Positions 28,201 through 41,400 of a stretch of DNA of 64,000 nt are shown piece after piece. Numbering within the stretch: the stretch's first letter is position 1; each line of letters begins with the position of its first letter. Made by a program: the position numbers and the translations under genes. The notes under the pieces are model-generated. The model saw only the letters and a list, made by a program, of their open reading frames with translations, searched no databases and had not been told where the DNA came from. This stretch comes from Iphione sp. A-MEVVRFRX5 (taxonomy: Eukaryota), in NCBI GenBank assembly GCA_976226885.1, contig OZ320319.1, forward strand, positions 65,472,001 to 65,536,000, written 5' to 3'.

Positions 28201-29308
28201 GGACAGGTCAGGTGGCTGTTGCCATACTTGCCGGATACCGTCCAAAACAGCACAAGCCAATAGCGTGCATCCATTGATCAATACAATCATGCTCTTACTA
28301 TTGGGTTTACTCTTTGGCAACAAGTCAAAAATCATGCCAGCCGAAATTGACTGATCTTAGCATTACATCAATAAGGCGAGTGAGCGGCAAAACTTAACAG
28401 GGCTGTAACTTCCTTGTAAATTAAGCTAAACAAGCTATAACTCCTCTTCTTCTTAGGTCTTTTTTAGCTTTCATCAAAATCAGTTTCATTAAAATCAGAC
28501 TACTAGAAGTAGGTGCTTTTGACCTGAGAAGACACATACTACCTTGATTTTTCAAATATGCAGCACCAGCAGAATGTACACACTGCTGTAGGTTGACATA
28601 TACGTGTCATAGCCTTAGTGCCAGGTTCACCGAATGTTGTAGCACCATTCCGTGCCCTATGATGTGTTTCGACGATTGGTCATTGTCATGTTGTACAGTG
28701 TAATCTCCTTTCCTGCTGTTTCAACCAACTTTGCAAATTCGATTCTTACGCAGATTCTTTCACATTGATTTAAGTTCATCTACCTAACTACAAAACACTT
28801 CTTCATGCTCAGTGTCAAGTAAGATCCCTTTTCCTCTTAAAACGTAATACACAAATGTAAAACGCAATGTACAGTGTTTTAAATGTAAACACAAGAATCA
28901 AGTACATCGCTGCTTGCAAATTGCGCGAATCAAGTGAAACGTTGCATATCTCGTAAATATATGTCAAAATATTTATGCCTACCATACTGAAGGCATCCAA
29001 GCAAACAGGCAAGCCTGTTTTTAGTTCACTTACCAAAACAGAAGTTCATGAGGGACCTGGGAGAATAATAATCCCTTCATAACCTGGCGGAAACGTTCTT
29101 TAATGCTCAAACTCTGCTACTTAAGTTATATGGACCCCTTCACGAGCAGCAATAACAGTGCAATCACAGCAGTCTGGAGCTTTTAACCTGTTTGTCTGTT
29201 CCTTTTAAATCATTTGTTATAGCTTATAAACGGGCCATTGATAGAAATAGCAGTCTTCAGAAAATAACAAAATCCAACAAGATGCAAGTGAGAGAATCAT
29301 AGAATTGA

Positions 29309-29427
29309 TCCATAACTGTGGAAATTGTTCAGTTTGTTCGTGGAAATTTGTTGAAATCGAGCCATAACTGTGGAAATTGGTTGAAGTGACGCCATATCTG
29401 TGGAAATTGTGCTTTTTATGTGAATGC
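29309..29427 (+). repeat. Degenerate ~30-bp tandem array (GCCATAACTGTGGAAATTGGTTGAA), related to the 60205-60380 array
   Basis: CCATAACTGTGGAAATT at 29310 and 29362, and CCATATCTGTGGAAATT at 29392. Both arrays end in GCTTTTTATG(T/C)(G/A)AATG. Confidence 0.75.
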
Positions 29428-30695
29428 TATGCACACACACACACATGCACACACCAGCCTCCTGCGCACCAGACAGGACCACACCCCAACCCAAGACATT
29501 CGCTGCCATACCCCACCCCACTGCATGCAAGAAACCAAATATGGCACCCTGTCCTATAAGGGTTGACCGGGGGCGACCAGGGATGACCGGAGCACCTACC
29601 GAACCGATAACAGTTCCAAGAGCCAAGCAGAGATGGCTGGGGCACCATCCCAGGAGCTAGCGGTTACCTTTAGGACTGTAACATGCTAGAGGAATCACAC
29701 AGCAATGCTAAACTTCACTAGGATATTGACTGACTGGTATACAAGAGTATGCGGTGTACCATTAGAGGTTGTCGCTGCTATTGTTCATACCTCTCGCAAA
29801 GGGGCCAACAGAGGTGATTATAAGCTTGCTTTCTTAGAAACGTACTTCTCTTATTAAGATAACCTCTACACGTTTCGTTTGTGGAGCGTGCAGCGCTGAA
29901 AAGGATGCAAGTTAATACATGGGTAGAGAGATTACAAAACAGGACCGAGTCTATCGGGAATATGGGAGATCAAATGCTTGAATAAAATACGGAATAAGAG
30001 CTATAATCTATACTTAGTTTTTAATTCAAAGATCTTTATACATAAAGAAAGCTTATGTTTGTGATTGTAAATTATTTTTTCACAATAAGAAATATGCCCC
30101 GGCTTCATAGGAAATCACTGATAAATATCAATCTAAATTAATAATTATTATGTGTAGAGTAGAAATCTCTGTACTCGCCTGAGGTACTGCTAAAGTAAGT
30201 ACAATTAGCAATGCAATTTGATTGGCGTTTGCAAAATTACATTTCAGCCTAATTAGTGTGGAAACGGCACCATGCTATGGGTGAGGTGACTGCTTTACCT
30301 CTACTTCTTGATAACAAATTACGAGGCTACCATGAGAATGAAGCTTGTATGGCAACGTTGATTATGCTTTTCATTATGGTATGTTGTCGCGGTTATATAC
30401 GAGAAATTGCTAATTATAATGCCTCTATGGTCTTTATCCATTCTTGATTGGTATCGCCATATTTTATTTGCTGGTGCGGCTTCACCAATGAGAACTTAAT
30501 TCGCTGTTTGAAACGAGATATTGCCAGTTCGTAGTACCCGTCGATTAAACCGCTCGCTGAAAAGATGTCATCGAAACGAAGAGCAACACCTGAAGATTTT
30601 TTTTTTTTTTTTAAAGGAGATTCAGAAACAGGGACATTTCGTTAGCGACGAATTAACATTCACTTAAAGTAATCTGAGTAGACTACAGTGTGTAT

Positions 30696-31002
30696 TGTGG
30701 CAGAGGGTGGCGCAGGGAAGCGCCGGTGTGGAGTGCACCTGGCAGAGTGTGTAGACGGAGTGCGCTGACAAAGTGCATTAGGTGTGCAGAGATGCACCTG
30801 CATGGAGTGCCATCCTCCCTGACCCCCCCCCTCCCACCGAGCCCCTCTGGGTATATATAAGACTGGCTCCTGGGGGAGAGAGTTCAGTTGGGCTTGGGCA
30901 GTCATGCTGTTCACATCTATTCCTGTTACTGCCTTCAGTAATAAAACCTCATTCCAATTTTATTGGCTGTCATGGCGTTATCTTTGAGAAGCGGTCGCTA
31001 CA
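30696..31002 (+). mobile_element. Solo LTR of an LTR retrotransposon (Gypsy/Ty3-like by its 4-bp TSD)
   Basis: Begins TGTGGC and ends GCTACA (TG...CA, 5/6 inverted match). Flanked by identical GTAT at 30692-30695 and 31003-31006. Internal TATATATAA at 30852-30860 and AATAAA at 30940-30945 lie in U3-R-U5 order. GGAGTGC occurs three times in the U3 part. No gag/pol is adjacent. Confidence 0.85.
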
Positions 31003-33249
31003 GTATCGACTCCTTTTCACTTAAGAAGGAAGAAGAGTGGAGATGCAGCTCTCAAGTTACTTCTGGGGAAGTGAAGCCTGCCCTCACGTTTAGAGAAACA
31101 ACGACAGCGACGGAGTCGACAATAATACACCGATGCGAAATATCGTATGGATTCCATGTAATCTGACATCAATATCATTGCGATATACATTAATACAGAA
31201 GGAGTTGGTGGACCTCTGATTCCTTCCGAGCAATTCTTCCCCTGAAGTCGAAGTATATAATGTAGAGTCATTGGGGCAACACTTCAGCGTGTCCTGAGGC
31301 GCTTCCGACGATCAGGTTCCCCGTACGTGATTAGGGAGAACACAATATAGCGGGAGGGGGGGACCTGTTATAATGGATACAGGACACTAAGGAGATTAAG
31401 TTTGATTTACTATGCCTGGAGAGACATGGAAGCAATACGTTTCCATGAGTCTCCACACATTCCCAACGGGCTGGCGTTATGGCCAGGGGAGAGACTAACC
31501 GCAATGCTGTACTGTTATGGATTCCATATTGAAGGAGACCGCGTGTGCTTCAAAACGAGTCAAACAGGTTACAATCCAAATCAAATATTACAACTTTACT
31601 ATTTGAGAATCAATGTAACTTCCTCGGGAAACAATCTTGCGAAATTACAGAAACAGTTGAAAACGTGAGCTAAAAAATGCAATTATGTGAAGGAATAAGG
31701 GATACTTGGTTATATGATGCTTTGGACTGAACGCGGACATCAATACATGTAGTCGGCTTCAGTTGGTACGGTATATGATGGTGTTTGAATTGTCACGTGG
31801 CTTTTATTCAATCAGGCCAAACTGAGGTATTACATTAATGTCACGCCTGGCTTTTACTTCTCCTCACCCGTCAAGATGGAAGCGACAAATAGGCTGCGTG
31901 GGGTGTCGTCGGTATTAAATGATGGACGGGCGGCATCCCCTTGTTCGCCGGTAAGCTTACATACTGCCTTGACTCGATTCGTCATGTGTACCCCCGGAGC
32001 TGCTGGGATGAAAGGCCAACCAGTAATGGCATAGACGACTGTACACATCTGTACATGCATTACTTAGAGCATATATCGTAACGCATATAGCTGAAGCCAC
32101 ATAAATATATAATAAGTTGAATTATTGCTGGCGATGGAATCCAAACCAAGTGTGAAGATTATGTCCCTCTAGAAAACGACAATTAGATGAAACATGGATA
32201 TATGATGGCAATTAGTATTAGATGTAAGACCTGCAGCTCCTGCACTGTTACAGGTAATGGTTGCGCCATCAATTGAAAGCCTTCTCAATTCAAAAGAAGG
32301 ACATACCAGGGCTATGGTCTCTGGCCTGCTGTTCCATCAAGTGAAACTTGCACTGGTTTGGTGAGCAGACTACAAAAACTACATAGACCTACATATAAAT
32401 CATGCATATTATAAGTTATATACACTTTAGACTCACTTAAAATGGCCCCAGTACCCAGTGCCAAGTGTCATTAAGCTGATTTTCTTATTCAAATCTATGA
32501 ATAACAATGATGGTGGACATCTTGATGGTTCAGATTGTTGGTTATAGAAATATGACAAGGAAAGAAGCATTCAACCATCCAAACCAACCACACAGATTAT
32601 ATTGAGCACGTGTGTATGTTAGAAACATAACAAAGACATTATTCACGACACATACTCAGTAGACCAGAAGTCGTAAAAGTAAACATTGTGACATCATAAT
32701 CTAATGTGGCCAACAATGTATTTATGAAGAACAATGACCATAACCTATGCAAAAAGTAATATTTCTCCCCAATTCTAAGTTATTTTATTTTAAAACCGAA
32801 TTTAACCATGTCTTCATGTTCAAGGTTGGCCGTTTAAGCACTCAAACCTTGGGGACAGACTTTGTCCTTCCCCTCTGTTCTCACGGTTAAACAGCCCGAC
32901 CTTTTACATAAAGCTATCAAGGTAAATACTTTGACTCACAGGGTTGTGACAGACTATTGACCAGTCATACAACAGAATTCCTTGGTCTAACTTCTGTATG
33001 AGACGGGGAACAATAAACTATGAGGAAGTATACGATCACTTTGCCTAAAAGAATTATGCAATAGACTGGGCAAAGAGCGAAACACATCACGTGTCTATCA
33101 AGAGGAATAAGTTGATTGCAGTGTGAAGATGGGATAGATGCAGAGGGACAACATCAAAGAGGCATAAACAACAGAGCACTGAAAAAGTTGCTTGCATTAA
33201 AAAGGAGAATAAAATAGCCTCTTGCTTAGAGATGTTTTACATATGCAAC

Positions 33250-34345
33250 AATCCACTTCATCCATTGTATCGTTACCCCTTCCTTCGTCGTCCCCTTCCT
33301 TTCCTTGTGGTCATTAATGGACTCCCAAAGGACCTGGTTGCTACAAACGCCATAATCTATGCGGATGACCTCTCGATCTATGCCAGTGCTCCTAACATTA
33401 TAACTCAAACTCCAGAGTGGAATAATAGACATGATAAATTGGAGAAATATAAATGGCTTGAAAATTAATCCAGATAAATCCTCATTACATGTTGCTGGGG
33501 AAATTGAAAAATTTCGAACTTGATCGACAAATACATGGCAAACTAATTGACAGAGTAGGGAGGTGTTCATTCTTGGGGTTCATATTAGAGCGAGACCTGT
33601 CGTGGGGGCAATTAGCTACAGACATAAAGAAGAATGCTAGGCAGAGGCCATGATCTCTGCAAGCTAGTGGGATCATTGAACTACAGGGGCATTTATCCTC
33701 CCAATATTCGACTAAGGGATACCCTTCCTGGTATATAAAATCAAAAAGCTGTTGAATGAGCTGCAGATAGAGTTCAATGAGCAGATCAAATTGTTCCTCA
33801 CGGTGGCATACAGAACGTGCAAGTTTGCCCTCTCACTGCGTAGGCGTCTAAAATTTCCTTCATTAGAAATGAGAGGCAAAATTTTATTAATAACCCTAAT
33901 CCACAGGCTTTACCATCTAGGACCCTGTCCAATAAAACGTTAGGGAAGAATCACCAGAAAAGCATTACCCCTCTTACCCACCAGAGAATGGGCAACAGAC
34001 CATTGCATACTTCGAGTCTGGGGGCTTGTGGTGCAGGCCTATGGAAAAATTACCTGTGTGAGCAAGGTCTAACAAAGGCAGACAAATTGAAATCTAGAGA
34101 TAACCTCTTGAGGCAGACGTCTATGTACCAATTTGACGCGTTTCTATGAAGTCGTACCATTAATTATGTTTGTATGGTTTCACTACCTTTGTACATGGTG
34201 ATCGTTTAATAATTATGTACTCTACTCGTATGCTACATGTTCGTGAGTGATTTCGCAAATTGTGTGTTCTTTTACTGTCGTGTAATATTCACCGAGAAAA
34301 CGTATTGTACATTTCTCTGAGAAGTGAATAAAAGCAATTTCAATT
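33250..34345 (+). mobile_element. Decayed 5'-truncated LINE (CR1/L2-group): RT C-terminal half plus 3' UTR
   Basis: Translation PFLVVINGLP..AIIYADDLSIY (YADD catalytic motif, about 33358-33369), then NGLKINPDKS and FLGFILERDLSWGQ. Ends in an AT-rich 3' UTR with AATAAA (about 34327) and a CAATTT-type tail. Confidence 0.85.
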
Positions 34346-37300
34346 TAAATAATTAAGTAACACATTTGAAGAGCCCCACTAACAGATGTGGGTTAAATTA
34401 TGGCATAACGCTTGGTGTTCGTATCTGGGCCACGGTACCTTCCTAACCTTCCACATATTGACTAATGAAAAGAGAAAGACGGGCAGTGACATCACGTACT
34501 ATTTACAGCGGGGCGCCAGGGAAAACTATGCCGGAGGCCCAGGAATGAGTCGTATTAATGGCAAGAGAGACATTCTGGTAGGAGAGAAAAGGTCAACGCC
34601 ATGTCATAAGGATGGTTTGCCGTAGCCGGTCTGAACCTGGCAGGATTAAATCACTGCAGTTGACTATGCCGCCGGCCCTTTCGGTTTTATTTTTGTATCA
34701 CACTAGAACCGCCTATGGCGAGGTTCTCTTGCTCCCTGGAAACCACGTATAAAGAGGTGTGCCTCTGATACCAGGGCACAAAAAAGAACACTGGTAGTAC
34801 AGAAAGGGACGATAATATGAAAGATCCGAGTACAAAGTGAAAAAGCTATGGAACGACCTTTTTATTTGGCAAAACACACAAAAAATTTAGAAACTGTCCG
34901 TTTAAGCAACACTTTGACGGCCGTCACAGCGGCAGGATTAATAATGCCACGAAAGTCTTATTTTTGCATGCTTGTCAGTGTTTCTTTTCCCGTTCTGTCT
35001 CCATCTCGCTCGCATATCGACCCGGTGTCTGTGCTTCTGTCCTGCTCCTCTCTTCCTCTATCGACACATTTGGGTCCCATTTCCTTTCCTTCCATATCGC
35101 CCCCTTCCACCTCCCTCCGTCTCCCTCTTGCTCCCGTCCAGTCTCTCCGTCTCTGCTTGTCCGTGTGCGTTACATGAGCGCCTAAATACCGTGCGCTACC
35201 TCTGAACTATTGATACCCCAGCTACCTATCGCTTAATGGTTCGGTAAATAGGGGGACTCTTGTAATAGTGGCCGCTCGCCAATCGGGGGAGCTTTAATCG
35301 ATGAGGATCGTAACAATACCACCTCCAGGGTTGACCCACACTGAGAGAGCTGCTCTGGTCCGCACCACCGAGACAGCCGTATTGATCACTAAACACATCT
35401 TGGGGACCGCCATCGTAGGGGGGTCTTGTTCGCATCACAAAGCCCGTGTTCAGAGGGTCACGGTGGTCGCGGCGGCAAATTACTCGGGTGATTATTTATA
35501 CAAGAAGGCAGGTTACCAAGCGGAGATGTACAAGGCGGCTGCCTGCGTTAAACTGAACCCACGCTGTCCAACTTTCGCCGCCTGTTGCGAACATTTTATC
35601 GGTCACTTAACATCACGGCATATGATGCTTTCGAGGAGAGGCTTACACACCCTGCCTTAAATCAAATAACTACAGATTTGGCAACTTGGTTCGTAAAGTA
35701 GCTGTACTTTCGAAAGCTTGTCGGTAACATACTTGGAAATGTTGTTTGCATCATAAAGAGCCGCGAAGACGGCCATAATTAAATATTTCTGTGACGTCAT
35801 TCCCTTTGAAATTGTCAACCATCATGGCGCACAAAACAAAAGGTAAAACGTTGACCAGGCATTATATTCAGGAATAATCGATATTCAAGTAGTTATTTCC
35901 TAGCTCACAGAGAACCATGGTGCCTGAGGAGGAAAGAAGCTTTATGTATAAAACATGCGGGAGCGTCCGAAGTCGGGGCGATTGCTTGGCTGTTGCTACA
36001 GTGTCTTCGGCGTGAAACATTGACTTCCTCCACATTATGCCAAGTCATTCCCATCGCTGGGGGAAGCAATTAGATTTTTTAAAACCATTCAAAGGTTTAT
36101 TCCTCATTGTTGCCATCTGCTCAAGCGCTGGGGTGCTGTCTCGTTAATTCGGCCACGTGTTCTTTGCGAAACTATCGAATACTGGATCAATCGAAGCATG
36201 GTGTAGTTTCAGAAAAAGAAAGGACAAACAAGTTGGACAAAGATCGATGAGATCGATTCCTGAAGAAAAAACACACAGACGAACCTACACCAAACAAAAA
36301 GCACATGACTACATGAGAACATGCCTACTTGAGTTTTGTAGCTACTGTTTTCGAGAAGGAAAATGTACAGTTCTAAAGGGAGTCATATGTATGTGTTTAT
36401 TTTCCATTGTTGAACTTTATTTCATCTCTTGTGCGATCCTTCAGGCATCTTCTACCTCACCTTGGTCGACCTCCTTCTCGTCGCTCGAGCTGGTCATTAA
36501 TCACTGGAGATTCAGGGTCGCCCTTAATAAAAAGTGTCAAGATTAAACACACGTACTTCTAAAAGAAATGTAACGATCGCCATTGTTTCCTTCAAAGGGA
36601 GGGACATAATTAATTTTTATTAAAAGACCCGCCGCACGTCTCTCGTGTGAAGACGAGACTCTCGTCGAGTAATATTCCACGAGACATAGGTACCTTCATG
36701 ATGTCGTTGTTTCAGAGATAAATTCAATTCTGAGTTACTCATATAAATATGAGCATAATTGTCAGTTCGTCAACAGGTCTATACACACCAGCGGTCATAA
36801 TCAGCCCAGACGTTCAACCTCTGTTCAAATAAAGAGAAACTCTGAAAGGGGCCACATCATTATAAGACATGAGCAATGGTTGGTAGGGAAAAAGAGATGG
36901 AGTGAGGCTTTTATTAGTACAGGGCACTCGACCTATGTTATTAGAAATTGACGTGAACTTCAATCAACGTAATCAGTAATCATTTAAAACGTATCTGTAT
37001 GTGCAACCGTCGTAAAGGATATTTTGTTATTCCTTCCAGATGCATTTGAGGAGCTGTGGGAACCTGTGTTTTTTCCAAGTAAGTATTAGTGTTACGAGGT
37101 GCCAACTGTCATGCACCTGTAGTCTTATACGTTCTTCATTGTTAGCAGCCATCGCGTGGGGTCATTAAAGACAGTATGACGCATAATCCTTGGATGCGAC
37201 AAAATGAGAACAGGAATGATTATAAACACTTCCATTACTGTTTATATAAGTCTGTCCCCTAGGTCCTTCTTACTAGCGATCTGAAAGCAACTTAGAAAAT

Positions 37301-37399
37301 ATTACGTATTTTCACTTTCTCGCGAGGTTGCTATTTTCATCTCGTTTTGTTGTGTTCATTCAGTCATTATATTCTTCGCCGACATCAGGAATCCTACAG

Positions 37400-37600
37400 T
37401 GATAGCCTTCTCAGGACCCATTTCTACAAGATCAGTTGTATCCATTCGCTTCTTCATTCAATTGCTTTCCTTCCTGAAGAAGGATGAAGATGGTCACGTA
37501 TTTTCATATTCCGATGATATTATCAAGTTGACCATAGAAACGTAGACCTACGGAGACAATAATTAGGCGATGTGGCACTTTGGCAAACCGATGCAGTTAA
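37400..37600 (+). mobile_element. Possible decayed LINE RT fragment
   Basis: CAAGATCAGTTGTATCC resembles QGSVLS codons with a 1-nt deletion. It is followed by VFSYSDDII (cf. YADD) and W..PMQLN. Confidence 0.45.
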
Positions 37601-38873
37601 ATCGGGGAACATATGGAAAAAGTATCTTGCACGTGAACATCATATAAACGGCAGTCTGTCTTAGAACGGTCTATACCACTGTCTTCTTGAAAACTGGCTT
37701 TAGGGATACTTTCTATAAGCTTACCTTACCAGATTACGTAGCGTCGTACATTTCTGGGAAAGTGCCCATCCGATTACAAGAGATCTGAAAAGCATCCTGC
37801 TGGACACCCCAAATAATATCCTCTTATTCCAGTGAGCTCTGTCTTATTAGCTTATTATGTATCCCGACGTCCAGGGGCTGCGAAACGACAGGTAAAGCGG
37901 AGCGGACCTTGCAGCGAGGGAAAGAACTGGTAGCGGCGAGTGAGTTAACAACGGAGGGTACGGGTCCGCAGCAAGACGTTGGATCAGGTAACATTTTTCT
38001 GAGACAGAGTGACATATTAGTGCAGACATACGGAACTAAACAGTCTCACACTGACGGAGATGTGGGTTAGACACAACAACCTGAAAGTGGTAGTGTGTAC
38101 GTCACGGGGGGGGGGGGGTACGGTGAAGTAAGCGGGGAAGTCGGGGTCCGGTTGGAAAAGGATGAAATGCTCATGAAAAGACTCATTTCCGTGAATCTTT
38201 TAGAAGAAAATAAGTACGACATGCTCAACAAAAGGCTCTCTTCAGGTAACTTTTGGTTGAAATAAGAATAAAATAGTCAACAGTGTTTGGTGCCTAATGG
38301 CTGAAACAGAGAATAACCTGGAGAAATGTGTGTTTTCCGTATACTACTTACATCAATCAATGATACATTTCTATTGCTCCTAAAGACTATATACACGCGG
38401 ACAGATTTCAGCTACATACCCAAAAGCAACTTACCCAAACTAAAAAGAATAGGCACTGTCCGACTATGTGTTTTGTGCCCATTTCCAAACGATTTTAAAT
38501 TGCCTCATATAAAGCCGTTTGTGAATACACTGAAGTTTATGGTCAGATATTCAAAATCCTCTTGTAACGATATAGGGTAATACGACAGATACATATCAAA
38601 TTATACGATAGCCTGCTTTTTCTAAGCTGAACGGAAGGATTGTTGCCCCATCATTACTGTCATTGTAAGTCAGTGGTTCTAGGTACTCAGGCGAAATACA
38701 CCTCCTATACATTCTTGCAGTTTTATGCCTGATGTTAGTACACTCATGGCAAATTTTGAAATTTTATTATCACGCACCCACGTCCGACATTTAGGGAAAA
38801 AGGCCATCATACCTACATCTATCACCTAGGACATTGGGGACAGGGGGATAGTAGGGGATGAACACCAGATAAC

Positions 38874-38876
<3 letters not shown>

Positions 38877-38906
<30 letters not shown>
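38877..38906. repeat. (TA)15 microsatellite
   Basis: Perfect TA array. Confidence 0.97.
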
Positions 38907-38909
<3 letters not shown>

Positions 38910-39529
38910 CTAGTTCTTCAGGTAAAGTCCATTGACCTCTAGATATTTCCTGAAGACAATGCCTATGAAAAGTTTTAAATTCTGCTTCAAAGGGATGCGT
39001 TCTCAATATCATTTAGAAGAGAATGGAATGATCAAAGATTGCATGAATTATTATGGTGAACTGGTTGTCTACATCGTTCTGTGTCAGTTTTTACTGGCCT
39101 TCCTGAGAACTATTTGGTGAATGTAAGGTTTAGAGGATACGCCGGGATCGTCTCTAAACTGTTGTAGAACAGTGAGAAGCTAACAGAGACATGACGAAAT
39201 TGTCAGTCCTTTACAAATAGTCTCCTGCTAGGTCCAGCCTCCGACGTGTAAACTTGCGTCTTTCTGGTTGATTAAGTTTAAGTGGGAGATCCGTGCGCTT
39301 TTAAACACTAGAGGCAGGCCAGGGAACACTTTCACACGTTTTTTGCCCAGTTTTCGTGGCGGGCAACAGTGACTGAAAAGACCCCTTCTGCTAACATATC
39401 CGACTAAACTCCAGACAAGGAAATAAATGTCTTGTGGGGGGTTAATTATGGGCTACAAGCTAAAAGCTTTGCCTTCATATTTTGATGGTCATTCATAGAC
39501 GCCGGTACGGCGGGCTGACTGGCTTCGCT

Positions 39530-39543
39530 CTGCCATCTGGCGG
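39530..39543 (-). promoter_or_regulatory. CTCF core motif
   Basis: Minus strand CCGCCAGATGGCAG matches the core consensus CCRCYAGRKGGCRS at 14/14, in a CpG-rich block. Confidence 0.5.
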
Positions 39544-41311
39544 CCCCGTCTGCACCCTCTATTCAATCAGCGTCGCTGTTCAATGAGGCCCAGTCGTCCC
39601 GGCTATTCAGTCTAGTATATCAGCCATTCAGCCAGCCTCCACCGTGAGATCTCCTATCAGCCAAGGCACTGCCGTGGCCAGTGGCCACGTTATGGAATCG
39701 CGCAGATTATCTTGAGCTTTGAACACCCATGTGACCCAGGTCAACGTGCTAGATGGAGCCATAATGAGAACTGCATAGTAGATCAGTGCCCTCAAGATAA
39801 CCGCCAGACTGATATTGCTATCAGTAATAGAGGTGTTACCGATATTACTTGTGTCGATGCCCTGTATCTGTGTAAAGAAGGCCAGCACATTTTCTTTTGG
39901 AAATGCGTCTGGCCCGTAACTCACCACAGTGTAGTTAATGTGAGGGACGAGTTTTCCACTTGCCCTCACTTGTATAAATGGAAGCGATACATAGCCCACA
40001 TTATAAAATACTCATCCTCTAACAGATGACAGTGTACTTTTCTAAAAAATAAAATGTAGATGAGGACACAAATGAAGTCATTATGAAGTTTAACGGAAGC
40101 TCTATAACACTTTCGATATTGTCGACCACACAAAACAGTTTCTAAGGCATCTGTTGCAGTTATGCAACAATGGAACAAACGGTACCGTGTAAATATTATT
40201 TTGTTGAAATTGGAATCCAATATTCCATAACAGGGCATCATACAAAAGGATGCTCAGTTACCAGAAATATCCAATGCCATAAATGGCATTGACTACTTCT
40301 GCAGTATACTGTAAACACCTTTTATGCAGTGCATATCTCTATTCATTTCAACCAGAAATTGAACTTAATTTGTTAAAATCAAGGTCTTGTGGAAAGAGAT
40401 TCATCTATTATTCATCATCACACAGAAACTGGAGATGCAACTGCTCACTCGTTGGTGTATAATTTCTTTGCTGGAATGGGTTGTCCAACAAAGAATTCGA
40501 TGAAGTCATTTTTCTGTGTTCTTCATTAGCAACTAGCCAATCAGAAATAATTACATTGTTCAAAAGGGAAGGCGCCATCCTACTTATTCCTCTAATTCTT
40601 ATAAGTTGATCACTGGACCCAGTCACGTGAACGCTTTCCTACTGTCTCACATTATAAATGAACAGGAAATATCTCAAGCTACTTTCCGTAACCAATTTGG
40701 GTTCTTCTGTATATAGACAGTCCAATTATGTGCGGACCCAATCCATCATTGCAATAATTTATGTGTGCTTATAAAAAGAAACGGACTTGTCGCGATTGTC
40801 TGCATGCGCGGATGCTCTAATGACAGAGGGAAAATATAACTGTATGATTGGATCAATGTGACAAGTAGGGTGATGAGAAAGAGGATTTTCATATGTTCAT
40901 TCCGGTCTGTACATTCACAGCAGTGATTTCAGCATGGCTACATCTGTCACGTCCCGCGAGAGCTCATTTACGGCCCAGCGGAGGTTTTGTCTAGTCACGG
41001 TTTCAATGAGAACCCAATGTCGTAAGTGCCATAACTATCTCACGTATAACAATCAAGCTATTTTGATAAATGCATACATGTTAAGGTTATAGGCGTCTAA
41101 CGGATAACCCCGTTGATGACCCTTTCTACTCATTACCGTTAATTTATGTATGCACACATGCACCTATATATATCCCAAATAAGGGGTTTATTTGTATATT
41201 ACTATGAGGACGCATCTTGTATCCACTTTCACCTTGTCAACTAGAGGGACGCAATGGTAACACATTGTATGGTATGGAATGTACAAGGTAACAACCGTCA
41301 TTTAATCTGAA

Positions 41312-41400
41312 AATTATATTATATATAATATATAATATAATATATATAATATATATATAATATTAAATATTTATTATAAATTATATTATATATATATATT
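41312..41400. repeat. A/T-only low-complexity tract (TATAA/TATATA)
   Basis: About 90 bp without G or C. Confidence 0.9.

Noticed and set aside
27950-28354. Protein-like + frame with only about 3 stops in about 135 codons
   Set aside because: No recognisable motif, and the stop deficit is too modest to call a pseudogene.
35301-35660. 119-aa ORF in a GC-rich block
   Set aside because: No recognisable domain or splice context, and the length is compatible with chance at this GC.
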